From NCBI GenBank assembly GCA_024103005.1, contig JAGFJA010000071.1, positions 13,001 through 77,000 of the forward strand: 64,000 bases of DNA, in the 5' to 3' direction. Position numbers and translations under genes: made by a program. The DNA comes from Saprospiraceae bacterium. Lineage in GTDB: Bacteria > Bacteroidota > Bacteroidia > Chitinophagales > Saprospiraceae. Below are positions 8,875 through 19,710 of the stretch, in pieces (within the stretch, counting starts at the first letter, position 1; every line of letters starts with the position of its first letter). A model generated the notes under the pieces. The model made no database searches, had not been told where the DNA came from, and saw only the letters and a program-made list of their open reading frames with translations.

Positions 8875-10851
8875 TTATTTATAACTTCTCTGAGCGATCT
8901 TAATGTTTTCATATACCAGAGGTTCCTTGTGCAACTCGAAGTTGCCGTCACCCTTAAACTCCCATGCTGAGACGAAGGCAAAATTTTCATCATCCCTCAG
9001 TGCTTCTCCTTCCTCAGTCTGATATTCTTCTCTGAAGTGACCGCCACAAGACTCATTCCGGTCGAGAGCGTCGATACACATCAGTTCTGCCAACTCCAGG
9101 AAGTCTGCCAGTCTGCCGGCTTTCTCCAGCTCAGGATTAAACTCATCAGCGCTGCCCGGAATACGGACATCTTTCCAGAATTCCTCTCTAATCTGTTGTA
9201 CTTCTTCTATCGCTTCTTTCAGTCCCTGAGCATTTCTTGCCATTCCGCATTTATTCCACATCACCTTTCCCAGTTTTTTGTGGAAGTGATCGACAGAATG
9301 CTTACCCTTGACATTCATCAGCTTTTCTATTCTTTCACGAACACTGTTTTCGGCATCGACAAAGGCCTGGTGATCGGTCGGTATAGCCGGCGTCCTGATC
9401 TCACCTGAGAGATAATCTCCGATGGTATAAGGAATAACAAAGTATCCATCAGCCAGTCCCTGCATCAGAGCTGAAGCTCCGAGGCGGTTGGCTCCGTGAT
9501 CAGAGAAGTTACATTCTCCCAGTGCATACATCCCGGGAACTGTCGTCATCAGATTATAATCAACCCATAAGCCACCCATGGTATAGTGCACGGCAGGATA
9601 AATACGCATCGGTACTTCATACGGATCTTCCCCGGTGATCTGCTTATACATATCAAAGAGGTTACCGTATTTTTCCTTAATAATTTCCTTGCCAAGCGTG
9701 ATGACTTCTGCCTCTGTAGGATTATCCAGATGGTGCTTATTGGCTTCAATCTTGCCGTATCGCTTAATAGCAGATGCAAAGTCAAGGTACACAGCCATCT
9801 TTGAAGCGCCCACACCATAACCTTCATCACAGCGTTCTTTAGCTGCCCGTGAAGCTACGTCCCGTGGCACAAGGTTACCAAAGGCCGGATACCGTCTTTC
9901 AAGGTAATAATCTCTTTCATCCTCCGGAATCTGATTGGCAGGTCGATTATCATCTTTCTTCTTCGGAACCCAAATACGACCATCGTTGCGCAGAGATTCG
10001 GACATCAAGGTCAACTTGGACTGATGATCACCGCTCACCGGAATGCAAGTAGGGTGAATCTGTGTATAACAAGGATTGCCGAAAAACGCACCTTTCTTGT
10101 GTGCCTTCCAGGCCGCTGTAACATTGCTCCCCATGGCATTGGTAGAAAGGTAAAATACATTTCCGTAACCACCGGTACAAAGGACAACAGCATGTCCGAA
10201 ATGACGCTCCAACTCTCCGGTAATGAGGTTGCGCGCAATAATACCGCGAGCCTTTCCATCTATCGTAACGACGTCCAGCATCTCATGCCTGCTGTACATT
10301 TTTATTTTTCCCATACCTATCTGTCGCTCAAGAGCTGAATAGGCACCAAGCAACAATTGCTGACCTGTTTGACCGGCAGCATAAAAGGTTCGTTGAACCT
10401 GCACACCTCCGAACGAACGGTTGCTCAATAGCCCGCCGTATTCCCTCGCAAATGGTACTCCCTGAGCCACACACTGGTCGATGATGTTGCCGCTCACCTC
10501 TGCCAAACGATGTACGTTTGCTTCACGCGAACGATAATCTCCGCCCTTTACAGTATCATAAAACAGACGATACACACTGTCACCGTCGTTTTGATAGTTT
10601 TTGGCAGCGTTGATACCACCTTGAGCTGCTATCGAGTGCGCCCTGCGCGGACTATCCTGAAAACAAAAGACTTTCACTTTATATCCCATCTCAGCCAGCG
10701 TAGCAGCAGCTGAGGAACCGGCAAGACCCGAACCTACAACAATCACCTCAATACTTCTCCTGTTGGCAGGATTAACCAGATGAACTTTTGACTTATAATC
10801 AGACCACTTTTTACTCAATTCGCCTGGAGGTATCTTTGCATCTAAACTCAT
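8875..10851 (-). CDS. sdhA: Succinate dehydrogenase/fumarate reductase flavoprotein subunit
   Basis: It has the FAD-binding [10 protein letters not shown] motif, the [14 protein letters not shown] histidyl-FAD region, and [10 protein letters not shown]. Confidence 0.92.
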   Translation of the reverse strand: MSLDAKIPPGELSKKWSDYKSKVHLVNPANRRSIEVIVVGSGLAGSSAAATLAEMGYKVKVFCFQDSPRRAHSIAAQGGINAAKNYQNDGDSVYRLFYDTVKGGDYRSREANVHRLAEVSGNIIDQCVAQGVPFAREYGGLLSNRSFGGVQVQRTFYAAGQTGQQLLLGAYSALERQIGMGKIKMYSRHEMLDVVTIDGKARGIIARNLITGELERHFGHAVVLCTGGYGNVFYLSTNAMGSNVTAAWKAHKKGAFFGNPCYTQIHPTCIPVSGDHQSKLTLMSESLRNDGRIWVPKKKDDNRPANQIPEDERDYYLERRYPAFGNLVPRDVASRAAKERCDEGYGVGASKMAVYLDFASAIKRYGKIEANKHHLDNPTEAEVITLGKEIIKEKYGNLFDMYKQITGEDPYEVPMRIYPAVHYTMGGLWVDYNLMTTVPGMYALGECNFSDHGANRLGASALMQGLADGYFVIPYTIGDYLSGEIRTPAIPTDHQAFVDAENSVRERIEKLMNVKGKHSVDHFHKKLGKVMWNKCGMARNAQGLKEAIEEVQQIREEFWKDVRIPGSADEFNPELEKAGRLADFLELAELMCIDALDRNESCGGHFREEYQTEEGEALRDDENFAFVSAWEFKGDGNFELHKEPLVYENIKIAQRSYK

Positions 10852-10897
10852 AATATCGTTTGATTAATATATTCTAAATATGGATAATCTGTTATAA

Positions 10898-11584
10898 TCA
10901 ATTTGCAGTCAAATACATATACACCGGAATAATCAGAAAGCCAAGACATACCACAAAGGAAAAAACTTTGGCAATCCATTTGATTACGGGCGTATATTTC
11001 TTAGAATTGATACCAAGTGTCTGGAAAGCACTCCAAAAACCGTGAAGCAAATGGAAATACAGTACAAACATCGCTATCACATAAACAATGACAATCCACA
11101 ATTGGCTGAATGATTGTTTCACACCCCAGTATAAGTCCTTTTGTTCCACTCCGTCGATAGTGGTCATAGGCAGTGAATTTCCAAACTTGTACTTGAGCCA
11201 GAAATCACCCATGTGTATCAGAATAAAGAATAAAATGAGGGTTCCAAGCAAAGCCATGTTGGCAGCATACCAGGATTTCGCCTGATAAGTATTGACAGAA
11301 TAACCTTTTTTTCCACGAGAAGCTCTATTCTTCATAGTGAATGCAATTCCCTGAATGGCATGCAGCAGAATACCTATGTACAACCCGATTGAAATAATCT
11401 CAATCAAAGGATTATGCACCATAAAATGCGCATATTTATTAAATGAAAGGCCGTCATCACTCTTCAACAACTGCAAATTACCCAATAAATGTACTATCAA
11501 AAAGGAAATCAAAAATAATCCCGTTAGGCTCATGACAAATTTTTGTCCGTTCCTGGAGGTAAGAAAGGTAACAAACCAATTCAT
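10898..11584 (-). CDS. sdhC: Succinate dehydrogenase/fumarate reductase cytochrome b subunit (b558-type)
   Basis: It is a 228-aa polytopic membrane protein with conserved His residues in TM helices, and it is the first gene of the sdhCAB order typical of Bacteroidota. Confidence 0.8.
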   Translation of the reverse strand: MNWFVTFLTSRNGQKFVMSLTGLFLISFLIVHLLGNLQLLKSDDGLSFNKYAHFMVHNPLIEIISIGLYIGILLHAIQGIAFTMKNRASRGKKGYSVNTYQAKSWYAANMALLGTLILFFILIHMGDFWLKYKFGNSLPMTTIDGVEQKDLYWGVKQSFSQLWIVIVYVIAMFVLYFHLLHGFWSAFQTLGINSKKYTPVIKWIAKVFSFVVCLGFLIIPVYMYLTAN

Positions 11585-11921
11585 GTTTTGTATTTTAACT
11601 TATTTATGCAAATTTATTAACAAAATAATAAATTCAAAGTCAAGAAGTCAGGACGACGGACAAGGAAGTCAATTTAGAAAATTTCTAAACAAGAAAGACT
11701 TCATGGTCTTTTATCCATATAAATAAATAAAATTCAACAAACATATACTTACACTTACAACTATTAAACAAATAGTCAGTTTCAATACTTTTCTTTTAAT
11801 TGCAATTTGACTCATTATGACATATTATTAAATTGAATTCGCCTCATTTATAAAATTTATTATTCCGATGTGATTCCATATTGGCTTACGTAAGCTTATT
11901 TTGCATAAAAATAAAGCGTAT

Positions 11922-12623
11922 ATGTCCACTCCTCCTATGTGTAAAGCAGAAAATACTTCCAAGGCTCGCCAAATGTTTACTCAACCTAAAACAGGGAGAA
12001 CTATTGAATGGCAGGAAGAATTGTTCGGAATTTTACCGCTTGCATGTTTCAAATCAAAAGACAGCGGTATAATTCACGGACCTGATGGGTTTCCGTATTT
12101 TGAACTTTATTTACCCGAAGACGGATATGCCGGGGATGTCTATTGTATAGAAGGTATTCTGGATTATGTTTTGCACAACGGATACGGTATATCGATACAC
12201 CAGACGGAAGGCAGTGCGGAATGGGTATTGACTTATGGAGATATTCTCAATTATAAGCTTAACGGACGCTTTTATTCCTTACCCGAGACTGATCCCGCAC
12301 CAGATTACATCGTTTCAAATGAACATCAACAAATGATGATTGCCCAGCCTTCTGAGACCTTCCTTCCGACCTATATGCGACCAATTCTGAAATCTTTTTT
12401 GCAATATATCGGAATAGCCGAACCGAAGATGCTTGGCATACTTTTATCAACAGATAAATCTCAACAGCCCCAGCTCGCTTTCAATATTTTTCCGGAGGAT
12501 TATAACAGCAAGGAAGAGCTTGATTACAAAATGTATCAATTAAGCTGGTTTTTTCCGAAACATTATGTTATTGTCGGCTTTTCAAAAAATGATAAAATAG
12601 CTGAAGCACTGGTAGTTATTTAA
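11922..12623 (+). CDS. Hypothetical protein
   Basis: It is a long ORF. The start is set at the first ATG (11922) rather than the TTG at 11901. I recognise no motif. Confidence 0.5.
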   Translation: MSTPPMCKAENTSKARQMFTQPKTGRTIEWQEELFGILPLACFKSKDSGIIHGPDGFPYFELYLPEDGYAGDVYCIEGILDYVLHNGYGISIHQTEGSAEWVLTYGDILNYKLNGRFYSLPETDPAPDYIVSNEHQQMMIAQPSETFLPTYMRPILKSFLQYIGIAEPKMLGILLSTDKSQQPQLAFNIFPEDYNSKEELDYKMYQLSWFFPKHYVIVGFSKNDKIAEALVVI

Positions 12624-12762
12624 GGTAAAATCAGATAAAAGATGATAAGTCTTTAAAAAAAGTCATAAATCCTTATATTCAACTCAGCACGGAATCATTC
12701 ACGGATTTCTGAAATTTTCCGAAGGTAAAAAGCAAGAGATTAGCACTACGAAAGGTATAGCC

Positions 12763-13380
12763 TTACTTGCCGAATAAAGAGTTATAAATAACATCAGCAG
12801 CTACCTCTGAACCCTTTTCTGAAGGATGAAAACCATCTTCACCGTAATAACTGTAACTATTGGTTGATTCTATATAATCTTTCCATACCTGACCGACGGG
12901 GCACAGGATTGCGTTACTTTCTTCAGCCGCCTCGCTATAAGACTTGATTACATTGTCGAAGAGACGAATATTATTCTTTGACGGCCATACCATCATGAGG
13001 GCAAGTTTAGCATCAGCCTTATTGCACATCCTGCTGATCCGCTTAGTATCCTTGATTAGCGCGGCCTTCCCTGAATTACCGGTGGAAGGACCTTGCTGAA
13101 TGACGACGTAATTAAATTTTCCGTTGCTTATAAGTAGTTGCAACTTTGTATCGGCAAGGTGATCGCCCAGGGAATAATTTGCATAGGTTAGTTTTTGCAC
13201 GTCGATTTTGATGCCATGGGAGGCTCCGATTCTCGCCACCTTTGTAGGCAGGTCATTATAATCCGTAAGGCTGTTGCCGACAAATAGTATTTTTATCTTA
13301 TCAGAACCCGATTCCTGTCCTTGACTAAAAAAAGGAAGTGCCAAAAAAATAATTAAAAATGAAAAATTAGAGTATTTCAT
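12763..13380 (-). CDS. Secreted SGNH/GDSL-family hydrolase
   Basis: The start is moved to the ATG at 13380, which gives the signal peptide MKYSNFSFLIIFLALPFFSQG. Block I (ILFVGNSLT) is present, and there is a C-terminal DGFHPS motif (D-x-x-H). Confidence 0.7.
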   Translation of the reverse strand: MKYSNFSFLIIFLALPFFSQGQESGSDKIKILFVGNSLTDYNDLPTKVARIGASHGIKIDVQKLTYANYSLGDHLADTKLQLLISNGKFNYVVIQQGPSTGNSGKAALIKDTKRISRMCNKADAKLALMMVWPSKNNIRLFDNVIKSYSEAAEESNAILCPVGQVWKDYIESTNSYSYYGEDGFHPSEKGSEVAADVIYNSLFGK

Positions 13381-13549
13381 ATTAATAGCATTAAGATTGC
13401 TTAAATTGAATATCATGATTAGCCGCAATACCAATAAATCGTCAAAATTAAACAAAATCGAACGGAAAGAACAAATGCACCATTTAATATGAATGAATAA
13501 TTACCAATACATAACTAAAATATCATTGATTTTCAACATAATAACCAAA

Positions 13550-13682
13550 CTTAAGAAGTTTTTTTTTTTAAATATTACCCATCCACCTGTTCTACACCAT
13601 ACATTAAAAAAAAACCGATTCGACGGGCGCCGAAATCGGTTTTATAAACGATTCACACACTTTTTATCTTAAACTTCTTAAG
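13550..13682. repeat. Perfect 11-bp inverted repeat enclosing the 13611-13643 hairpin (nested structure)
   Basis: The arm cttaagaagtt (13550-13560) is the reverse complement of aacttcttaag (13672-13682). Confidence 0.6.
13604..13645 (-). terminator. GC-cored hairpin with a U-tract on the minus strand (could act bidirectionally)
   Basis: The stem aaaaccgattcg (13611-13622) pairs with cgaaatcggtttt (13631-13643). On the minus strand a T run follows (A run 13606-13610 on plus). Confidence 0.5.
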
Positions 13683-13765
13683 GGAAGATTTTTATCATTC
13701 TTTTGTTACTTCATGCCTTCTTATGCAATAAAAGTAAATTCATCTTACCTATTCCACATCGGTTA

Positions 13766-13810
13766 AGACAATTTAACTTATTCTGATTAAAAAATAAGAT
13801 TAAATTGTCT
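13766..13810. repeat. Long hairpin with a 17-bp stem and one bulge
   Basis: The arm agacaatttaacttatt (13766-13782) pairs with aataag-a-ttaaattgtct (13793-13810) across a 10-nt loop. Confidence 0.65.
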
Positions 13811-13833
13811 CATGCCTAAGTCCGATTTGTCTT

Positions 13834-13894
13834 TATGTGTTTGATTACTTTCTCAGAGGTAGTATTTCCAATCAAATATTTGTTCAAACACATA
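13834..13894. repeat. Perfect 11-bp inverted repeat with a 39-nt spacer
   Basis: The arms are tatgtgtttga (13834-13844) and tcaaacacata (13884-13894). Confidence 0.6.
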
Positions 13895-14411
13895 TAAGAA
13901 TGGTGTGTAAATAACAAATGAATCTCACCAAATCATCTGACTATCCAACAACCATCAAAGCTAACAGATTCTTCAAACTGTGTAACTTATATTGAGATAC
14001 CTAATTCAGATTTTTTAAAAAATCTCCGGGGATTATTATTTTCATGCTCACAAAATTAAACTCCAAAAACAATTTAAATAAAACCTTCCCACTATCATAA
14101 CAACCCTCAACAACAATATAAAATATTAAAAATACTTTATACTACAAAATTAAGACCCTAAACCTCATTCAAATAGCATAATTTAATCATAAAATAGCAC
14201 AAATTGATTTATTGTTATCTCTAAAATTCTATTAATAACTAAAAAATTCAGCACAGATATACCGCATTCTTAAACATTTAGTTAGTAAATATGAAGTTTT
14301 TTAATTTCCAGATAATAGAACTTACTTCAAAACATCTAATATCAGTCAATATATTTCTATCAGATATAATTCGAAATGATAAAAGATTTAAACTATCAAT
14401 GCAAACATTTT

Positions 14412-15338
14412 TTAAACAACATTCACTTTTTGTTGATATTGGCGAGGTGTCAGGCCTTCATAATGCTTAAAGACCCGAATAAAGTAATTGCTATCTTCAA
14501 AGCCCACATCGTAGCTCACGTTTTTGATAAAATTATTTTTATCTGCAAGGTATTGCTTGGCAAGTTTGATTCTTTCAATTATGATAAACTCAAACGGACT
14601 TATACCCAATTCTGACTTGAAAAGCCGGTACATCGTAGATGGACTCAGCCCAACCTTCTTCGAAATCAACTTTGAATCTAACTTGATGCTCAAATTTTCT
14701 TTAATAAATTCAATAGCCTGAAGGAGCTTAGGGCTTAATTTTATATTACCAAAAGATGCTATCGCCTCAAGATTTTGGACCTGAATTATTTTCAAGATCA
14801 ACTCCTGAATACTTAAATCTGCCAGTGCATCTTTTAATATATCATCACTTTGACAAATCTGGATAATTTTCGCAATCAAACCAGCGATATGTTCATCATT
14901 CTTAAACATAAAATTATCCGCGCCTAATTGCCAAATGCCGTCTCCACCTTCTTTCGGATATTTTTCATTCAGCGTATTTAAAACTTCGACAACTTTGTGA
15001 CTATCAAATGCCAGTGCCAAACACTGTGTTGGATTAAACTCACTGGAATCAGGAAAATCAATAATAATTTTAGCTCGGGGAGATATAAAAGCAGACTCAC
15101 CGGGCAAAAACTCTACACTTGGGCTATCACCAAAAGATAACACTTTCCTGCCTCTTAACATACTGACTACCAAAAAGTCATTAATCGGCGGCTCTATACC
15201 CATTGCCTCAGTGTGTGTTTCAAAAATATTAAGTTCACATGAATTCAAACAGAATATCTCCCGATTCTCAACTAAAGTTTTTAAATTTCCATAGTGTTTT
15301 AACTCCGGCAAGTATGGTATGAGGCAGAAATTTGACAT
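14412..15338 (-). CDS. AraC-family transcriptional regulator
   Basis: The C-terminal dual HTH is KVGLSPSTMYRLFKSELGISPFEF...VSYDVGFEDSNYFIRVFKHYEGLTPRQYQ. The N-terminal region looks like a ligand-binding domain. Confidence 0.8.
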   Translation of the reverse strand: MSNFCLIPYLPELKHYGNLKTLVENREIFCLNSCELNIFETHTEAMGIEPPINDFLVVSMLRGRKVLSFGDSPSVEFLPGESAFISPRAKIIIDFPDSSEFNPTQCLALAFDSHKVVEVLNTLNEKYPKEGGDGIWQLGADNFMFKNDEHIAGLIAKIIQICQSDDILKDALADLSIQELILKIIQVQNLEAIASFGNIKLSPKLLQAIEFIKENLSIKLDSKLISKKVGLSPSTMYRLFKSELGISPFEFIIIERIKLAKQYLADKNNFIKNVSYDVGFEDSNYFIRVFKHYEGLTPRQYQQKVNVV

Positions 15339-15488
15339 AAAAGAGGATTTAGTATCGAAAAATCATTTCAAGAATTAGCCAAAATTATAAAAATTTTTAA
15401 AATACCTGTAAAATGTTCAACATTTTTTAAATTTCTTTTGCTATTATAATCAAGGCTTTTTATCCGAAATAATTACCTACTATATTAT

Positions 15489-16688
15489 TTAATATGTTGT
15501 ATGTGGATATACCTCCAATGCTTTTTCAAGACACTTTACAGCCAATTCAATTTCCTTCCTTTCCAAAACATAAGCAAGGCGAGCTTCTTTCTTCCCCAAG
15601 CCTTTGGTTGCATAAAACCCGCTGAGAGGTGCCATCATAACCGTGTTCCCTTCATAGTCAAAAGACTCCAGCAACCATTGACAAAAATGTTCGGTGTCCT
15701 CTACGGGAAACTCAGCAATACAATAGAATGCACCCTTTGGCATAGGACAACGGACTCCTTTGATCCCATTCAAACCTTCAACCAACATGTTACGTCTGGC
15801 AACATATTCGTGTGTTACCTGATCGAAATAGGATTGTGGCGTTTTCAGGGCAGCTTCGGCGGCTATCTGAGCATAGGTAGGCGGCGACAATCTTGCCTGA
15901 CCAAATTTCAGTGCCGAACTAACGATCTCCTTATTCTTTGAAATCAAAGCACCTATCCGGGCTCCGCACATGGAATATCTTTTAGACACAGAGTCCACCA
16001 GGACAACATTATTATCAAGGCCATCCAGATTCATAACCGAAAATGGTCGTGCTCCGTCGTAACAAAACTCCCTGTAAACTTCATCGGCAAATAAAAACAA
16101 ATCATGCGCCGTAATGATGCTGCTCAATTGTTCAAGCTCCTCCCTGGAATATAAGTATCCTGTCGGGTTGCCCGGATTACATATAAGTATTGCCTTAGTT
16201 TTTGGCGTTATCTTTTTCTCAATTTCAGCTATCGGCGGCAGGGCAAATCCATTGTCTATAGTAGCGGTGACTGGTACAACATTTATACCGGCCGCCACTG
16301 CAAAACCATTGTAATTGGCATAAAACGGCTCAGGAATGATTACTTCATCACCCGGATTAAGACATACAAAAAAGGCAAACAACAAAGCTTCTGAACCGCC
16401 TGTCGTGATTATAATATCGTCTGCCGTTATATCGATGCCATATTGTTTATAATAGTGAGTCAGTCCTTCCCGATAAGAGGCTATCCCTGCCGAATGAGAA
16501 TATTCAAGAACATGGATATCAGAATTTATTACCGCATCCCGGGCTACCTGAGGAGTTTCAATATCCGGCTGACCTATATTCAGATGGATTACATGTTTTC
16601 CTTGGCTTTTTGCTTTCTCGGAATAAGGTACCAATTTTCTGATGGGTGAGGGGGGCATTTGAATAGCTTTTTGGGATAAAACCGGCAT
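15489..16688 (-). CDS. PLP-dependent class I/II aminotransferase (aspartate/aromatic type)
   Basis: It has NPGNPTG, the PLP-lysine motif SVSKRYSMCGARIG, and a length of 399 aa. Confidence 0.85.
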   Translation of the reverse strand: MPVLSQKAIQMPPSPIRKLVPYSEKAKSQGKHVIHLNIGQPDIETPQVARDAVINSDIHVLEYSHSAGIASYREGLTHYYKQYGIDITADDIIITTGGSEALLFAFFVCLNPGDEVIIPEPFYANYNGFAVAAGINVVPVTATIDNGFALPPIAEIEKKITPKTKAILICNPGNPTGYLYSREELEQLSSIITAHDLFLFADEVYREFCYDGARPFSVMNLDGLDNNVVLVDSVSKRYSMCGARIGALISKNKEIVSSALKFGQARLSPPTYAQIAAEAALKTPQSYFDQVTHEYVARRNMLVEGLNGIKGVRCPMPKGAFYCIAEFPVEDTEHFCQWLLESFDYEGNTVMMAPLSGFYATKGLGKKEARLAYVLERKEIELAVKCLEKALEVYPHTTY

Positions 16689-16691
16689 ATC

Positions 16692-17234
16692 TTATTGTTT
16701 TTTATCTATTTTATCTATCAGAGTTTGTAATAATTCCAATTGTTTGGCCTGACTTTCATACAGAACTTTAATTTGCTCCTCCAGCAGCAAATCCACTTTT
16801 TGGTGAAGAGCTTTAATCTGGAGTTCAGACTTCAGATTGACCATATAATCATTTACATTTTGTTTCCTGTCTTTTTCTTCCTGTCTGTTTTGGCTCATCA
16901 TTATGATGGGAGCCTGCAAGGCAGCGATACAAGACAAAACCAGATTCATCAATATAAAGGGATATGGATCAAAACGGTCAGCTTCAGGCAGGGCAAAGTT
17001 AACAATAATCCATGTAACCAATAATATTAAAAAGGAAATGATAAAGGTCCAACTTCCCCCAAATCGGGCAATTCTATCTGAAATCCTTTGACCTATGTTA
17101 AGTATTTCAGAGGGTGGATTGGCAAGGTTTTCCATAATCAGATTCTCCTCTTCTATCGATTTCTTTACGATTTGTCGCAGTTTTTTCAATTGGACATGTT
17201 CATTACTGAGGATATGAGCCGCTTCTTTTTCCAT
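16692..17234 (-). CDS. DUF1003-family membrane protein
   Basis: The segment GSWTFIISFLILLVTWIIVN...DPYPFILMNLVLSCIAALQAPIIMMSQNRQ matches the DUF1003 pattern, and a coiled-coil tail follows. Confidence 0.65.
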   Translation of the reverse strand: MEKEAAHILSNEHVQLKKLRQIVKKSIEEENLIMENLANPPSEILNIGQRISDRIARFGGSWTFIISFLILLVTWIIVNFALPEADRFDPYPFILMNLVLSCIAALQAPIIMMSQNRQEEKDRKQNVNDYMVNLKSELQIKALHQKVDLLLEEQIKVLYESQAKQLELLQTLIDKIDKKQ

Positions 17235-17264
17235 GCATTAAAATGGGTTTATTATTTAAAAATA

Positions 17265-17591
17265 TTATGAAACAACTATGGTTAAAATATCGTCCTCAGG
17301 GGGCTCCGGTAATGTCGACAGGCGATTGTGGAGGGAATTCAGCTCCTCCTGCATTTGTCTGATCCGATCCGTCAGATTCAGGATAATATCGATTCCTTCC
17401 AGATTGACCCCCAGGTCGTTGTGCAGATTAAGGATTCGCTCAAGTAAATGAATCTCCTGGGAATCCAGATATGCCTCTTCCTGCTCAAAATGCAGTGATA
17501 TAAGTCCGTAATCCTGCAGGTTTTCCAGAAATTCATTATTTACTTCATAATTGGTACAAATTGTCTGCACAAGGATAAATCTGTTGTCCAT
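17265..17591 (-). CDS. cbpM: CbpM-like chaperone modulator (MerR-like fold)
   Basis: It is a 108-aa protein immediately downstream of cbpA, with the stop and start overlapping as TAATG at 17591. Its architecture resembles E. coli CbpM. Confidence 0.6.
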   Translation of the reverse strand: MDNRFILVQTICTNYEVNNEFLENLQDYGLISLHFEQEEAYLDSQEIHLLERILNLHNDLGVNLEGIDIILNLTDRIRQMQEELNSLHNRLSTLPEPPEDDILTIVVS

Positions 17592-18514
17592 TAGTTTCTC
17601 AAATTTTTAAGTTGAGTAAATAATTCCTTTTCCTTTTCGGTGAGATGAGTGGGATTCACAATTTCGTAGGTAACAATCAGGTCGCCAAAATGACCATCTT
17701 CTTTATATACCGGCATTCCTTTTCCGCGCAGTTTCACTTTGGTACCGTTTTGTGTTTCCGGCTGAACTTTTAATTTGACCTGACCATTCAATGTTTTCAG
17801 CAAAATTTCTCCCCCAAGAAGAGCCGTATAAAGATCAAGCTTAACATTTGAGTATAGATTGGACCCATCCCTCTTTAAATCCGTGTTATTTACGATCTCA
17901 AAACGAATATACAGGTCGCCGTTAGGTCCTCCGTTTTTACCCGGACTGCCTTTCCCTGAAATTTTTATCGTCTGCCCGTTTTCCACACCTGCCGGAATGG
18001 TTATCCTTAATTTCTGTCCGTCCACCTCAATTATCTGCTTTTGAGTAGTTAGAATGTCCGTCAGGTTAAGGCGTAAAACTGCCTGAAAATCCCTACCCTT
18101 AAACTTTCCGGTAGATTGTCTCTGATGGGTATAACCCTGGCCAAACATCGTATGGAAAAAATCAGAAAAATCGTCCCCATCCTCAAAACCTCTGCTCCGA
18201 TATCCGCCAAAGCCTCCAAAGTCCTCAGCCGACCCGCCGAATGACTGGCTCTGTGCCTGCTGTTTTCTCATTCGTTCGATGTCATCAGCATGCTGCCAAT
18301 CCTTACCGTACTGATCGTATTTTTTGCGGTTTTCCTCATTACTAAGTACTTCATTAGCCTCATTTATCTCTTTAAATTTCCTTTCTGCCTCTTTATCTCC
18401 TGCATTCAGATCCGGATGGTACTTACGCGCCAGTTTACGATATGCAGACTTAATCTCCTTGGTTGATGCAGACTTATCTACTCCGAGTACTTTGTAGTAA
18501 TCTATGTATTCCAT
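17591..18514 (-). CDS. cbpA: DnaJ-class co-chaperone lacking a zinc finger (CbpA type)
   Basis: The J domain carries HPD (YKVLGV...[11 protein letters not shown]). A G/F-rich linker follows, there is no CxxCxGxG repeat, and the length is 307 aa. Confidence 0.8.
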   Translation of the reverse strand: MEYIDYYKVLGVDKSASTKEIKSAYRKLARKYHPDLNAGDKEAERKFKEINEANEVLSNEENRKKYDQYGKDWQHADDIERMRKQQAQSQSFGGSAEDFGGFGGYRSRGFEDGDDFSDFFHTMFGQGYTHQRQSTGKFKGRDFQAVLRLNLTDILTTQKQIIEVDGQKLRITIPAGVENGQTIKISGKGSPGKNGGPNGDLYIRFEIVNNTDLKRDGSNLYSNVKLDLYTALLGGEILLKTLNGQVKLKVQPETQNGTKVKLRGKGMPVYKEDGHFGDLIVTYEIVNPTHLTEKEKELFTQLKNLRN

Positions 18515-18945
18515 ATCCTTTAATAATATTCCGGTAAAATCAGTGGTTCAATAATCTTATCTGCCCTAATACCTCGCCTACAAAAATCTGTCCTCCGCTA
18601 CCGAGAGCAACTTTAAAATAACTCTCAAAAATGATTATTTGTTTTAAAATTCGCTGGTTACTGTAAAATTTTTACTTCCGGGGCAAATGCAAATTTATCA
18701 GTCAAAATTTCGGGCCAATTTTTGAAAGAAATGTATTTAGGCTTAAATTCTTTGTGGCAGTTGAAGATTTATTTCGGTTCAAGAAAAGATTAGTTAGATA
18801 GCCAGAATTTAATAATTTATTGTACAAATAATAATATTTAATATTTGTATCATTATGATTTGCAGGTTTTTAATTTTTTATTTATAAACAAGTAACATGT
18901 TTATCATTTTGATAATATAAAATAAACATATACCTAAAAAATAAA

Positions 18946-19710
18946 TTAATCCCAAATACCATTTTCAGCAGTTAAAATCAAAGGCTGGCTCTTGGTTACA
19001 ACAAGGGTATGTTCATGCTGTGCAACAAAACCACCATGATTCCCGACAAGGGACCAACCATCCGGCTGTGTTACAGCAAAATTACTTTTAGTCGAAATAA
19101 AGGTTTCTATAGCGACTACCTGACCTTCCTTAAACCTTCTAAAATTCATCATTTCCCTGAAATTGGCAATCTCCCTTGGTTCCTCATGCAAACTTCTTCC
19201 CACACCATGACCGGTCAGATTTTTTATAACTAAATATCCCAGTGCTGCAGCCTTTTGTTCTATAAATCCGCCAAGAGCAGACAGTCTGTACCCATGCCGG
19301 ATTCGGGCAATAGCCTCTTGCAGTATATTTTTTGAGGCATCCACCAGTTCATCATGTGCCTGAAGGCTATCTCCCAAAACAAAAGATCCGCCATTGTCAG
19401 CCCAGAATCCGCCTAATTCTACTGACACATCGATATTAACCAAATCTCCGTCCCTGAGGATGACACGATCTGAAGGTATTCCGTGGGCTGCCACTTCATT
19501 GACGCTGATACAGGTAAACCCCGGAAATCGATATGCCAGAAGTGGAGCTGATCGCGCACCTTCCGATTTCATCAACTTTGCACCATAGATATCCAATTCT
19601 TTAGTTGAAATCCCCGGTCTGCAATACAACCTCATTTCACGAAGTATCCGGGCTGCAACCTCGCTGACTCGCTTCATTCCTTCCAGATCTTTTTCCGAAT
19701 TTATTATCAT
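18946..19710 (-). CDS. map: Type I methionine aminopeptidase
   Basis: The start is moved to the ATG at 19710 (MIINSEKDLEGMKRV). Metal-ligand motifs are present (DVSVELGGFWADNG, LTGHGVGRSLHEEP, IETF, HEHT). Confidence 0.88.
   Translation of the reverse strand: MIINSEKDLEGMKRVSEVAARILREMRLYCRPGISTKELDIYGAKLMKSEGARSAPLLAYRFPGFTCISVNEVAAHGIPSDRVILRDGDLVNIDVSVELGGFWADNGGSFVLGDSLQAHDELVDASKNILQEAIARIRHGYRLSALGGFIEQKAAALGYLVIKNLTGHGVGRSLHEEPREIANFREMMNFRRFKEGQVVAIETFISTKSNFAVTQPDGWSLVGNHGGFVAQHEHTLVVTKSQPLILTAENGIWD

Noticed and set aside
9037-10713. Multiple short ORFs on both strands inside sdhA
   Set aside because: All are shadow frames within a flavoprotein subunit that has canonical FAD motifs.
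14376-14721. Plus-strand ORFs of 79 and 65 aa, plus an ORF of about 58 aa starting at 14291
   Set aside because: They overlap the 3' part of the AraC regulator gene in antisense. The translations are Ile/Lys/Phe-rich with no supporting features.
18515-18945. Intergenic region of 430 bp upstream of cbpA with an 8-bp inverted repeat (tacaaata / tatttgta)
   Set aside because: The repeat is short and AT-only, which is expected by chance. I could not identify a convincing heat-shock element or promoter pair by eye.
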